Source: Octopus sinensis (lineage: Eukaryota). From it: a stretch of 64,000 bases of DNA. Numbering within the stretch: position 1 is the first letter of the stretch; each line of letters starts with the position of its first letter. The notes under the pieces were generated by a model. That model saw only the letters and a program-made list of their open reading frames with translations, was not told where the DNA came from and did no database searches. The stretch spans positions 30,318,001 through 30,382,000 of the forward strand of contig NC_043001.1 of NCBI RefSeq assembly GCF_006345805.1. Reading direction: 5' to 3'. Shown piece after piece: positions 51,404 to 64,000 of the stretch. Made by a program: the position numbers and the translations under genes.

Positions 51404-52097
51404 ATGTATCTTTAGGGTTAGTTATGTGCAAGGGAAGTCTCATATTGGTATTATATATTACAAATATATGCCAGAAGTCATTAGTAACAATTGTATGTTT
51501 TACAGTTAGTACAAGTTTCCGTAAGTTGGTGTGCCAACCATTTAGGGTATTGAATGTATTTATACCTGGTGGGAATAAGTTCTACTCATCATGTTTGAAT
51601 GACATTCAGCTGTAAAAATTGCTCAAACACGATAATACAGAAGACATAGTTGTGCTCAGTCATAAATACGTTAACTAATTGATACCAATTTGGAATAATA
51701 GAATATCAAATGAGGGTTGTCAGATACACAAAGAAAAATGTCCATATGTTTTTGTTTTTTTTTTTCTTTGCCACCTTAAGTGATGCATTTACTTTCCATT
51801 TGAATTATCCTTTTAATCTATGAATTCTGATGGGGAAAAATTCTTTCAAATCTACTTGTTATAAAATTGATCATTTTTGAATTTATGAGGTGTGCTTAAT
51901 TTTATATATTTGAAGTATATAAAATGTGTCCCAGCGTTTAAATACTGTAATCTTTTTAACAAGTTAGTACTGACTGATGTATACATCATGGTTTTTTAAA
52001 ACATTTGCTGCAGTATATCATTTCATTTATATGGTTTGTTAATCTTGTTCTCATAAACTGTTAAACGTTTTGTAACAATTGCTTTTCTTTCTGACAG

Positions 52098-52144
52098 GTA
52101 AAACTATTGCCATTGGAAAAGTTTTGAAAGTTATAAGAGACTAA
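52098..52144 (+). CDS. GSPT1: eRF3 terminal coding exon (GKTIAIGKVLKVIRD*)
   Basis: Acceptor ctgacag, TAA at 52142-52144. The summed CDS is 1659 nt (552 aa plus stop). Confidence 0.95.
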
Positions 52145-54587
52145 AATAGAAAATAAGAATACATTAATGTATTTTGGAAGAACTTGGGAAGCCAACACTC
52201 ATAAATTCCTGTTTTTGGAATGGGAATGTATATGATGAAGTGGTACGCTAATTGAAGACTGACATGAACAATGTAGCAAACAGCGATGTTTGCATAGTTA
52301 AATTCATGCAAGAGAGCAGTTTTTATCTGCTGTCTGTTAATAAAGAAATAATAAAGGAAATTTAAATTACTATGAATCCTTCCTAAATTAAGACATTTCT
52401 TTCTTCAGCACTCCCTCCCATCCCCATTCATGCTTCCAGTCCTAAATTTCATTTGTAAGGTCTTTTAGCTTCTCATTTCTTGTTTTAAAAATTTACTACC
52501 ATTTCTAACAGTAACTTTACAGTACATAATTTTATTAGGGGTAATTTTAATTTGAAGTATTTTAATTTTATAAATTAACTACTGTAGTATACAAAAGCTG
52601 TTGCAAGTAACATATTTCACGTAATCCTTGTGAGATCAATACAAAATTGCATAAACAGCCATAAATCGACTTTTTACTATTAGATTGGAACAGGTGTTTT
52701 GAGAGCCAGACTACAAACTCTATGGTGTCCAATTCAGTGAGGTCCCGTGTGAGATTAAATCCTAAAAAGATTCATTTTTTACCTTTTAATCCCTCCAGGA
52801 TCAGTTAGATATCTGCCAGTTACATTCTGAAGCTGATGAAAATGAACTGGGTATCATTAATACAAACCTTGTGCCTGATGTAAACAATGTTTACTAGCAA
52901 CATCTATGAGGTTGTAAGCAGTAGTCATTTTAGCCCCCATTCTCTTTAAACATGTTTTCATTTGACTACATCATATACTCACTACATGGGTTTTATTATA
53001 AAATTTTTAGATCCAAAAGCGGATTAGTTTCAATGATGACAGTTTTTAGGATGCCTTTCTCATCAAGAGGCTAATGCTTCAACTTGGTCTTCAGCTGGAC
53101 TGCAAACCATAGCAAGCCTTGCAATTTTATCTCTCTCTCTCTTTTTTTTTTTTTTAACGTCTATGCTTAGCAAGAAATCTAAATCTAATGGGTTTCTAGT
53201 GGCTCTATTGAATGCCTATGCAAATTATCCTGTTCCTTATTCTTATGCAAGAGAATACTACATTTATTTTGAAACCTCCATAAGAATTTTTTTTTTTTTT
53301 CCTGAAATTAATATTGTTAACTGGTGATAGCTGCAGTTACAGGAGGTTTATGATTCTTTACAAATTATTAAATGAACTTGTTATTAAAAATTTGAGCTTC
53401 ATTATTTGTTGAAACCTTATTTGTTTTTCCAAGAAAGGGAAAGACTTTTTGCAATCACCTGAATTATTTGACATGTTTACTATTTAAAATTTATTTTTAT
53501 AATAGTTAACTCGGTTAATCTTTAAAGTACCAAAGATTTTTGTTTTTGTTCCCTCCCTCCAGATCTGATAAATGCTGCCTGGTCTTTTTAATTTGGGGAA
53601 TTCAATATACCAGTCTAAACTGCACAGCATAATCTTCTCAGATTATGTCTCATTTAAAGATAATCTTTGCATGTCAATTGGTTATAGTTCCCATTTGCCT
53701 CTCTCTTTCTCTGAACAATACCCTCAAAGATTTTGTTGGGTTTAAAACTTTGGTCAACCCTCCTATATGGCTCTATTGTTGAGAGCTATCAGGTGTTGCA
53801 GATATTCTTATCTAAAGCCTAAATTTTACTACATAAAAAAAATTAGAAAATGTTCAAGGAAACACTTGGTCCATGAAGAAAAAAAAATAAAATTAAAAGC
53901 TAACACAGTTCTTGTTTTTTTTTTTTTTATTTTTATAATAGTTGAAACCTTTGAATTTTGTATGGAATGTTATATTTAGAAAATATGTCCAGTCATATAA
54001 GTTCTCAACATTTTAGGGGAATGGTGTTTTCTTAAACTCCATACTGATATTGTGAATCCAGTTAAACACTTGAAGTTAGGGTTACTGATTCCAGATTCGA
54101 ATTAACATTCACTTAATGAAATTAAATTGAGCATTGTTTTTAACCAAATGATTGATATAATTGGCCAATTCTACATAAGCAATTGAGAATTGACGAATAT
54201 ATTTATTTGATTTGTATATGAAGATGCTGTTAAAGTGTCCTAAGCAATGGCTTGTAGAATTGCCTTTCAAAGTAGATTGTTAATAAAACTTTTCAGTTAT
54301 ATAGGGCTTTTTTTTTTTTTTTTTAACTGAAACCTGCTGAACTTTTTTGCCCCACCAAATATATTTTAGTACACAAATAGTTTTGTTACAAATTCATAAA
54401 ATATCATCCACTTTATTTACACCTTTTTCTTTTTATGAAATCATTTGTAGATAGTATTTTTTTTTTTCTTTAGCAATGTATCCCCCAAAATTACTTGAAG
54501 ATCTGAGAGGTTTTCATAATCCCAAACTTGTGTGAATATGTATTAAGATGGAATTTAAAGATGAGAAACAAAAATATGGCTTTTTTT

Positions 54588-54958
54588 TTAAATAAATTCA
54601 ATTCCTTCAAATTTTTGATTTCCTATTTTAGTTTCTGCTAACAGTACTTTCCCATTAATGTTAAATGATTGTATATAAGAAGCAATGTTGCCATTGTCTT
54701 CCTCGGATTTCAATGCTATTATCACAGTATCATGTGTGCCTGGCACAAACTTAAAAGATGAATAACCATGTGTAGGATTTAATGGTTGAATATACCGGAT
54801 CTGTATTTGAGAAAATTTTTCATCACAACTAATAAGAATATTAGTAGCTCGCCGTTCATCTGCATTCTCATCATAGGATTCTCTACTGAGACGCCGGGGT
54901 AAAAAAAACCAACGTTTATGAATGGTACTCCAAACAGCTGACTCATGTATGAGGTAAC
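54588..54958 (-). CDS. CANT1: CANT1 terminal coding exon (GYLIHESAVWS...WFFLPRR...THGYSSFKFVPGT...KFEGIEFI*)
   Basis: Matches the CANT1 C-terminus ending EGIEFI. Acceptor tacag, 371 nt. Upstream exons were not found in the window. Confidence 0.95.
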
Positions 54959-57194
54959 CTGTAGTAGGGATTTTAAAAGAAAAAAAAAATGTTCAGAATA
55001 AAGTTTAAACTTGATACAGTTTATGATCAAAATTTCCAAAGATTATGTATTGAATGTTGTATTACAGAATACTTAAAATGAAAATGTATATCACTAGTTA
55101 ATGTGTATAAATGTTAATTATTTGCCTATTATTCTAAGATTAGGAAGTGTTTCACCTGCTGAGTATCTCAAATGTTTTCAATTTTACAGCATTTGATAAA
55201 AGAGCCCTTAATCTCTAATTTAAACAGGAGAGACAAGTTGCTAATAGGATTTAAATATTTTAATTCTTCCCTAATTTGCTAATCTTAATATTGGGACTAT
55301 TTTTTTTAATCTCTTCAAAAATGAAGAGATTACATTCTTCAACTTCCTACTGATTTCAGCCTTATCAAGCAAATCTCAGATCAAAGACTGTAGAGGCTTT
55401 ACCATCATGTCTTTTTAGGCGTTATAAGAATAGAAATACATTACCTTAAATGAGATTTGGCTGCTATTTCTAGCAGGTCAAATATCGTAATTATTACTAC
55501 AAAGCTAGTCACCTTTCAAGAAAAATCTTACGAGATATACTGAATTCATTTCATCTCTTCTAACTTACTGTCTTAATTTGTGTGTAGGCATAGTTACAAA
55601 GTTTGCTTCCCAACCACTTGGTTTTGAGTTTAGTCCCACAACACAACATTTTGGGCAAGTATCCTCTACTGTTGCTTTAGGCCAACCGAAGCCTTGTGAG
55701 TGATTTGGTAGGCAGAAACTGAAAGAAGTCTGTTGGAATACATGTGTTTGTCCACCACCACTTGACAACTAGTGTTGGCTTGCTTACATCCTTATAACTC
55801 AACAGCTCAGCAAAAGTGACTGATAAAAAAAAAAGTACCAAGCTTAGAAATAAGCACTGGGTCAACTAAACCCTTTGAGGTGGTGCTCCAGCATGGCCAC
55901 AATGCCAGGAAAAAGTAAAGATGGTTACTGTCAAAAAACAAAGTCATCCCGTTCTACACACCAACAAAACTGCCATTGGTTCTATGACCTCAAAAGTATA
56001 AAAGGCACTGGCTGGGGTCAAAACAAATACAGTGAAGCGTCTTTTTTCCACCTTCCCCTCATACAAGTACTAACCTACATCTAGCCTTTTAAAAAGGTTC
56101 TTACACTACTCTTTTGAAGGTGCTGTCCCAGTCCAGTGAGTGAAACCAATAAAAGAATATCCTTTAATGCTTCTGCCTTCAACTTATAATCAGCACTCAA
56201 AAATAAATTACATCTACCTTAAACTTGAAAAATCATTAGAAATTTTTTAATAACCTCATCAAGCTTTCTCCTATCAAATTGTCCACTGGCTATATGCCTC
56301 CAAGCATGTGAAACCAGAGACCCCATTATCATGAGATGGAGTTGATGACAAGAGTTTCCAGCTGTGAAACTGCCCCGATAACATTTGTCTAACCCATAGA
56401 GAAAGAAAATGGGTGTAAAAACGTATACATGTATATCCTTATAATGACTACTAAGCACTTTTAATAAGTACATACAACATATATAATATAATCAATACAG
56501 ATTGAAGTGGATCAAGGCAACTGGTGAAAGCAATGAACATGTTTTTCTATTATTAGACCTATCATTCTATGAACCTTACGAGATTAAGATTGCAATAGGT
56601 TTTCTGTTAGAAATGTGTAGTTAACTTTTACACATGCTTTTTTTTTTTGTTCATATCATTGGGGAAGTTATTATATTCTATAGAACAAAATCTGAATTTC
56701 TCTCAAGGACTTAATTCAGTAGCAGATTATTGTAATTTTACTTATCAAATTTGTAGGCTACTAGTAAACAGCTGTTCAATAGATTAGATTTGCTGTTATG
56801 ATTTTCAAGCCGTATATTTTCACAAAACTAGACTAATTTTAAAAAAGTTTACTGATGTGGCCATTAAAAAGCTATGTAAATTTCATGGAAAACTTAGGTA
56901 ATTCTAATATGAAAGTATCTACAATTTTTCTGAAGTTTGTTTTTTATAAAAGGCTCAAAAGTTTAGACCTTCAAAATCTCTATGAATTAAAGAAAACATT
57001 GCAACTTACTCAGTGCCTGAGTAATATTTAAAACTTTACATTTTGTGTTTTGAATATCAAAATATGTTTCATTGAATTTTCATTCTTTGAGATAAAACAG
57101 CTAACATTACTTAGTTTGTTAGGGTTAAAAAAAATACACTTTCTAGATTTACTTAAGTCTTAACATGTTTTTGAAGAGTTGTGCAACATCATAC

Positions 57195-57398
57195 CTGGAA
57201 GCATAGTTCTTGTTTTTTTCCTTAATGCATTATAATTTTCATGCCAATCAATGTGTTTAACAGCACCATCCTTGTTTATGACCTTAATCCATTGGGGGTT
57301 CAAATTTTTAACTACACCAGTGGTTGATGTCCATTCTTTTCCCAAACTTCCAACATATAAATTTTCATCTTTAACACATGCCCATTCACATTTAAAAC
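57195..57398 (-). CDS. CANT1: Soluble calcium-activated nucleotidase 1, penultimate coding exon (GFKCEWACVKDENLYVGSLGKEWTSTTG...)
   Basis: Apyrase motifs GFKxEW and GKEWT. Acceptor tttgtag, donor CAG|GTATGA, 204 nt. Confidence 0.95.
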
Positions 57399-57873
57399 CT
57401 ACAAATAAATGAATATTTAAATTTTTAAAATAGCATTTAAACAAAAAGTAGTTTGAGGAATATTTGCATTACATGAGGCTAACCACATTGGACATGGAGA
57501 GTGGAATATCAACAGATATTTAAGTAAATAACGAAACATAAAGCAATGACAGTAAGAGCTTAAATATATTCAGGTTTAGTTAAATGTTGCAGCTCAATAA
57601 ATTTGCAAATAAATATTGAAAGTGTGAACACAACACTGAGCAATTCTCATAGCAGCATAACTGAACTAACTCTTCAGAAATCATTAGGCATGGATAATAC
57701 TGGTTGAAACCATTAAAAAGTTGACAGAGCACAATTTTCTCCAAGATGCTTAAAAGATCCAGCTACAAGAATACTGCTCTTTGTTCTGGTATTAAATCAT
57801 CTGCTTTCCCTATATAGGAAGGCAAGTACACTTCCTCTTGCTATAATAATTAGAAACAATTGTTAACTAATCA

Positions 57874-58259
57874 GGACCTTTTCGGTTTGAACGGCAGTTT
57901 TTAACATAATTTCTAGGTAACTAAAAAATTTTAAACTTCATATACTGGTAGAAAGTGTTTATAAAACATCTTTTTCTCTTGGCTTTATTGAGAAAATTCT
58001 ATAGTTTGTAAGATATTTGTTGTTTTTTTTCTGCAATTTCAACCAATCAGTGACATCCATTGAGGTAAACATTCTGTGCCGTATGAATATGTCCTTCGTT
58101 TAAGAAACAGATTGGGTTTATTTACATTTGTAGATAAAAAAAGATACCCTAACCCTAAAAGAGATTGAAATGCAATAGATCGATTCTAGGGTCATAATTA
58201 TGTGTGACAATTTCATATGACACTGCTAGAAAAAACTGCCGTTCAAGCCGAAAAGATCC
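57874..58259. mobile_element. MITE with ~29-bp TIRs and an 8-bp TSD (Merlin-like)
   Basis: TIRs ggaccttttcggtttgaacggcagttttt / aaaaactgccgttcaagccgaaaagatcc. TSD actaatca at 57866-57873 and 58260-58267. GG termini with an 8-bp TSD fit Merlin. Confidence 0.85.
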
Positions 58260-59454
58260 ACTAATCATTCTTAATTGGCAATTTTTACATATATACTACT
58301 AACAAATGGTAAAAGTTTTTATTAATTGCAAATTACTGGAAGATAACTACCAATACTACAAACTAATTTATGAGAAAAATAATCCTTCAATATTGTCTTT
58401 CAAGCAAAGGGAAAAGTAATAATAATGAAAATGATCTAGTAAATTTTGAGACTGAGTTGCTAGCCTCATATCACTTTGTATAATTACTTTGACAGAAATA
58501 CTTTTACATTACTTCACTTCACACTCACAAGTTGGTAGTACCCTTAGTTTTTGAAAACAGATATAAAAGCCAATGAACCTTTAGCTGAGTGTGACCTTTA
58601 TGAACATAGTAAATGCCTTCTACGTTCTAGCAACACAGAAACAACACTTTGACAGCCACATGGCTATTAAACGTAAGATATTGAAATTTCTAGTCAGAAC
58701 AATTTTTCTAAAAGTCAATATTCACACCTGAAACACAACAGCCAGCAAAAACAACACATTTTGGTACAGATGCATACACAAAGACTGTTCTCCAGTTTTT
58801 TGTTTTTTTTATTTCCAAAAAGCCATAGATAAATTCATAGAAGAGAACCTACATGATACATGCTCTGATTTTAACATTATTTAAGTGGTCAAATTGAAAA
58901 AGTTTCTAGATGCTCCTGAAAGGAGGAAGTTGACTTTTAATTAACCTAAATCTGTTATATCTACAACTTCAATCAATCTTTTAGGCTGTCAACTTGGGAA
59001 TGGCCAAATTAACCACAGACTGAGTGACAAAAGCCACTTCTAGAATTGCTACAAGTTATTAGGTGTTCAGAGCTGCAGTGGGTGCTTTGCATGTTTGCTA
59101 ATGAGGACAAGTAGATTCCACAGCTTTCCAATGAAATGAGTCCTCTTTACAGAGCTACACTTCCTCTGGAGTCAGAAGCTTTTAAAATTTTTGCTACTTT
59201 GAAACAATATTTGGAGAGGCTATGCTTTGCAGCAACGATTCTACCATCCCCTTTGTTACAGAGTGTGATGATTCTAACACGACTATGCCATTTTATGCCA
59301 AGCTGGTTGGCCAGTAGCTTTCAAAACAAGGTTGTTTACTGGTAGTGAGATTCACCAGTTGAAAAGAAAACAGTTGTAATAATTGGGGCTATGAGAAAGT
59401 GAGTTCACTTGCTGTTAGCTTGGTATTTTACAATCATTATTATTTACAGTTATA

Positions 59455-59855
59455 AGATGTGGCTATATGGTTAAAAAGCTTTCTTCCCAACCACATGGCT
59501 TTGGATTCAATCTCACCATATGGCACTGGGCAAGTATCTTCTAATATAGCTTTGGGCCAACCAAAGCTTTGTGAGTGAATTTGGTTGATGGAAGTTGAAA
59601 GAAGCTTGTATATGTGTGTGTATGTTTATGTATGTATGCATACATAAGTGTGTGTATGTTCATATCGCCTTGTCTTCACATAGCATGATAGTGGTAAATG
59701 AGTGTCACTGCCATACAAGCAGTGTCATTCATTTACAATATTCTGCTTGAAAACAGGTAACATTTTGTGATAAGAAGGGCAATCAGCGACAGAAAATCTT
59801 CAGTAAACTCCATTCCACACATGCAAGCTTGGAAAAGTGGATGTTGAATGAAGAT
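59455..59855 (+). mobile_element. Second tRNA-derived SINE family; related copies at ~17920-18075, ~30245-30620, ~33495-33880, ~55585-55920 and ~63565-63730
   Basis: Shared tggct..tggt..ttcccaaccac..ggcaagt.tcttcta..ttgtgagtg.atttgg..gaaactgaaagaagc, followed by (TG)n. Confidence 0.75.
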
Positions 59856-60149
59856 GCCTGGCATGCATTTCAGAATAAATAAACACTAGCTTCTAAATTT
59901 AGTGGTTGTTTAATTCCAGTTTTAATATTCAATATTTTCCGAAGGCAATAAGCCAGCAGAAATGATAGCATGCCAGGCAAAATGCTTAGTGGAATTTTGT
60001 CCATCTTTACGTTCTGAGTTCAATTTCAGCTGAAATCAATGTTATCTTTCATCCTTTAGGGGTTAATAAAATAAGAACCGGTTGATCACTGGAATCGATG
60101 TAATGACTTGCCCCCTCCCCAAAATTGCTGGCCTTGAGCCAGATGGTGT

Positions 60150-60600
60150 GAGGTTGGGAGAGGAAGGACTTCACAGCCACAGGAGTGTGCTTTCATCTGG
60201 GCAACATGCACATTGTGAACTGAGGCATTGTCTTGGAGGAGGAGGACTCCTTTGATCAGCATGCCATGCCTCTCTTCTTTGATGGCATCCAGCAATTTCT
60301 ACAGCAGGAAAGCATAATATGCCCTGTTAATTGTGATGCCCTTTGCCAGGAGATCCATCATCACTACTCTACACTGGTCCCAAAAGACTTGCCTTCTTTG
60401 AAGGTGGTGAGTCATCATGCTTCCGTTGCTTTGACTGGACTTAAGGATCATAGTAATGGACCTATGTTTCATCCTATGTGATAAGTCTGCTGCAAAAGTC
60501 TTCCTCATCTTCTTGGCACATTGCCAAAAGAGCCTAGGAGCAACTGACTCGTTCCTGCTTATGAAAATGTGTAAGCATCCGGGGAATCCATCATGCAAAC
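60150..60600 (-). mobile_element. Decayed mariner transposase fragment
   Basis: Reads KGITINRAYY and AIKEERHGMLIKGVLLLQDNASVH. Confidence 0.75.
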
Positions 60601-60639
60601 AACTTCTGGTACAGGTACAATAAATACTGAAAACATGCA

Positions 60640-61712
60640 GAAAATATACTCAACTGCCAAGGGAGCAAGCTAAAGGTAGTAGATAGCTTCTGTTATCTAG
60701 GTGACCAAGGTAGTAGTGGAGGTGGATGCTCCAAGAGTGTAGCTATGAGAATAAGATTAGGCTGGGCAAAGTTCAGAGAGCTCCTACCCCTGATGGCAAC
60801 AAAGGACCTCTTTCTCGGAGTGAAAGGCAGATTGTATGATGCCTATGTGCAAACAGCCATGCTGCATGGCAGTGAAACATGGGTTGTGACAGCTAAAGAC
60901 ATGTGTAGGCTTGAAAGAAATGAAACCAGCATGCTTCACTGGATGTGCAACGTCAGTGTGCATGTATGACAGAGTGTAAGCATCTTGAGAGAAAATTCAG
61001 GCATAAGAAGCATCAGATGTGGTGTGCAAGAGAGACAACTGCACTAGTATTGTCATGTGATGCATATGGATGAGGACAGCTGTGTCTAACTGTGGAGAAA
61101 ACTTGTGGTAGATGTGGACCCAGGAAGACATGGAACAAGGTGGTGAAGCATAATCTTCGAACTTGGAACCTCACAGAAGCAATGATTAGTGACCAAGACC
61201 TTTGGCGATGTGCTGTGCTTGTGAGGACACATCAAGTCAAGTGCACCTGTGCTGGTAGCACATAAAGAACACCTTTTGAGCATTGGGCTTCGTGGAGGTC
61301 AAGTGGCTGAGCTCCTTTCAAGTGTTGCGCCATGCGGAGGAAAAGTGGCTGAGTTTTTTTTTAGTGTTGGGCCACACGGAGACAAGGACCAAGACCTTTG
61401 GCATTATGTCATGCTTGAGAAGAAACCCATCAAGCTGAGCAAAATCACAGTTGTGGCAGATACCAGTGTTGCACAAATTGGTACCCATGTCAGTGGCACA
61501 TAAGAGCACCCTGGTGTCATGCAAATCGCACCCGTGCCAGTGGAACGTAAAAGCACGTTACACTCTCAGAGTGGTTAGCATTAGGAAGGGCATCCAGCCA
61601 TAAAAAATCATGCCAAATCAGACTGGAGTCTGGTGTAACCTTCCACCATGCCAGCCCAGTCAAACCATCCAGCCCATGCCAGCATGGACAATGGAAGTTA
61701 AATGATGATGAT
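60640..61712 (+). mobile_element. 5'-truncated RTE-clade LINE (end of ORF plus 3' UTR with (GAT)n tail)
   Basis: Reads VVDSFCYLGD, RIRLGWAKFRELLPL, GRLYDAYVQTAMLHGSETW. Continues into the ggttagcattaggaagggcatccagc...atgatgatg 3' end. Confidence 0.85.
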
Positions 61713-61849
61713 GAGCACTGGGTTTGATATAATTGATTTATCCCTTACCCTGAGATTGCTGGCCTTGTGCCAAAATTTGAAACCTATATGTATATGGACA
61801 TGGTTGACTTTGTGTGCATATGTATATATAAATGTGCATGTGTGTGTGT

Positions 61850-62023
61850 GTAAAAAGCACCCACTACACTCTCGGAGTGGTTGGCGTTAGGAAGGGCATC
61901 CAGCTGTAGAAACAATGCCAGATCAAGACTGGAGCCTGGTGCAGCCATCTGGTTGCCAGCCCTCAGTCAAAACCGTCCAACCCATGCTAGCATGGAAAAT
62001 GGATGTTAAATGATGATGATGAT
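61850..62023 (+). repeat. (GAT)n-tailed repeat
   Basis: Family core and tail. Confidence 0.85.
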
Positions 62024-62257
62024 ATATACACACACACACACACACAAACATATTTACATACACACACGCAGACATATATAAGAACATTCCACAGGCAACC
62101 TTCAACTTTTTCTATCCAAAAGGTTTTTAACTCAATATTTATAGCTTTATTTGCTTAGAGATTCCCTGTTCCAATATAGACAAAGACATAAATATGAACA
62201 CATAGGTACAGAGCAAGGGAGAGAAAAACAGTACTCAAATACTAAAGGTAGAGTGAA

Positions 62258-62404
62258 ATATTATTTTATTGAAGCTGAAAAGAACTTTACAAGTTGTTCC
62301 TCTGAGTTATCGTGAATCTAATTCCCATAACTATCTGATGAATTGTTACATGAAATTCAGAGAAACAGTTTGTGAAATTTCTTTCCGCTTCAATAAAAAT
62401 ATTA
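62258..62404. repeat. Imperfect inverted repeat with ~50-bp arms
   Basis: ttttattgaagc...ctctgagtt pairs with aattcagag...gcttcaataaaa. Confidence 0.75.
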
Positions 62405-62411
62405 TATAATA

Positions 62412-63507
62412 CTAGCTTAAGGTGACCCACTCTATGCGCGGGTGGGGGTGTGGTTGTTACTGTCTGTTGCTTCCTTTCTGTTCCTTATCGCCACATTCTC
62501 CCTCTTTGCTTCTCTCTCCTTTCTCTCTCACTTTCCCACTCTCTTACTCTTCCTTTGTCTCGGACTCTCCCTCGCTTTCTCTTACTCTCTGACTTTCTCT
62601 ATCTATCACTCTCCCATTCATAAAAAACAAAAGATCTTGAGTAAGTTGAGAAAGAAAATATTTTGAAAGATCAATCATAAATATCAGGCAGTGACAACAG
62701 AAAGCACACTTGACTTTTGTATGTGCCACTATTTGAGTGATTAAAAATAAGAGAAAAAAATATTTCTTTGTTAAATTTAGTACTTATTTGGGGAATTTTT
62801 CAACAATTGACCATGCAAATGAAATCTCTAAACACAGGCTACATGCAGCTGTAAATTTCTTTCAGAAAAAATGAAAACTGTAAACAATAAAAAATAAAAG
62901 ACAAGAATACATAAAAATGAGAAATTTTTTTCAACTTCAAAAATCTTGCCTTAATTTTCATAATTTCGAATCCATTTCCCACACTTAAATTACAAATCCG
63001 CTTCCACTTTACCATGTTGAAAATTTGAGTGAAATCGAGCAAAAGGGGTCCAATCTAGACCCCCAAGTGTCCCCAAAAATCAATGAAATCCCTGTTTTCA
63101 CAGCAAAGCAACCACTGTAGCACCCCAAAACGTCTCCCAATCAATTTCTCACCTCAAGTTACCCCCTCCTGTAAATTTTAATCACCTTCCAGCCCCATTT
63201 AGACCCCTTTTTACATAAAAATCCAACTTGTATCAACGTTCGCCTTCATTTTATAGATTAGATTAGATGCCTTTCATGCCAATCTGGAGGGGCTTAGAGA
63301 CCCTTGAATCTATATAAAATCACTCTTCTCACCATAGCAACCGCATCTTTCCACGTGGCGAGTTTTAGCCTACTCAACTCTGCCTCATCACGCCTTCTAT
63401 GCCTGTGTCAATCTTCAGCTTGATCCGACCACTGGTCTGGCCGCCAACCTCTGATGTAGCAAAATTTGCACACAATTTTGACACAAAGCCTCTTTTATAT
63501 ATATAGA
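62412..63507 (-). mobile_element. Non-autonomous Helitron
   Basis: On the minus strand: 5' tctatatatataaaag, hairpin acccgc-gcataga-gtgggt, 3' CTAG, A|T target. Confidence 0.8.
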
Positions 63508-64000
63508 TAGACTCTATAGATATTGATTAAATTTGACTTTGCAGGCAAAACCAATATTTGATAGGCACAAGCATGATTATGTCATTAAGAAGCATGCTTC
63601 GCAACCACATGGTATGGGATTCAGTCCTTTTGATGGCATCTTAGGCAAATGTCTTTTACTAAAGCCCTGAGTCAACCGAAGCCTCATCAATAGATTTTGT
63701 AGACAGAAACTGAAAGAAGCCTGTCATACAATATATAAACTTTGAATCTTTGACCTTTACATAGTCAGAGCTGAGGATTAAATCAAATAAAACCAAAAAT
63801 AACTAAAACTACTGGTATATCCCAGACCTATCTACATCATTTTTGTGGACCACTAAAAGCAATCCCATGATCCAAAGGGAGCACACCTAAATATACATAC
63901 TTGTTTACAATGTTCTACATACATGAATAAATTGTAAACAGCAACATAACACCACAATTAATCTGTAAAAACATCTCTAAATCACCTCTCTATTACAACC

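Noticed and set aside
7322-52840. Other CTGATGA occurrences (about 7322, 17106, 17379, 44353, 52833) as hammerhead cores
   Set aside because: None has a helix II followed by GAAA and a matching NUH site with helix I.
58147-58158. Interstitial telomere (ccctaa)2
   Set aside because: Only two units, and they lie inside a MITE.
58980-59400. Higher-complexity stretch as a possible CANT1 upstream exon or pseudogene
   Set aside because: The frames I checked contain stops and show no CANT1 or other recognisable motifs.

Overview
AT-rich, intron-rich animal genomic DNA. The repeat content (abundant (GAT)n-tailed RTE-related elements, tRNA-derived SINEs, very long AT/AC microsatellites) is most consistent with an octopus or other cephalopod; this is an inference. 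Most ORFs in the supplied track are spurious. Manual splicing recovers three genes. (1) LUC7L3-like U1 snRNP/SR protein on the minus strand: 9 coding exons, ATG at 26242, running to about 109-120. (2) eRF3/GSPT on the plus strand: 14 coding exons, 26566-52144, 552 aa. It lies head-to-head with LUC7L3, with 323 bp between the start codons. (3) The last two coding exons of CANT1 (calcium-activated nucleotidase) on the minus strand, tail-to-tail with eRF3. The introns carry mariner, piggyBac, Helitron, Merlin-like, RTE and SINE elements. The most notable unexplained signal is a type I hammerhead ribozyme with an intact core at 1928-1968. It has a palindromic mini-helix III and sits inside a 355-bp unit bounded by a 35-bp direct repeat, which resembles a retrozyme or Penelope-type element. 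Other leads are a frame-shifting alternative 5' splice site in LUC7L3, a 27-nt eRF3 microexon, a 9-residue periodic LUC7L3 tail and a promoter-like 235-bp tandem array.
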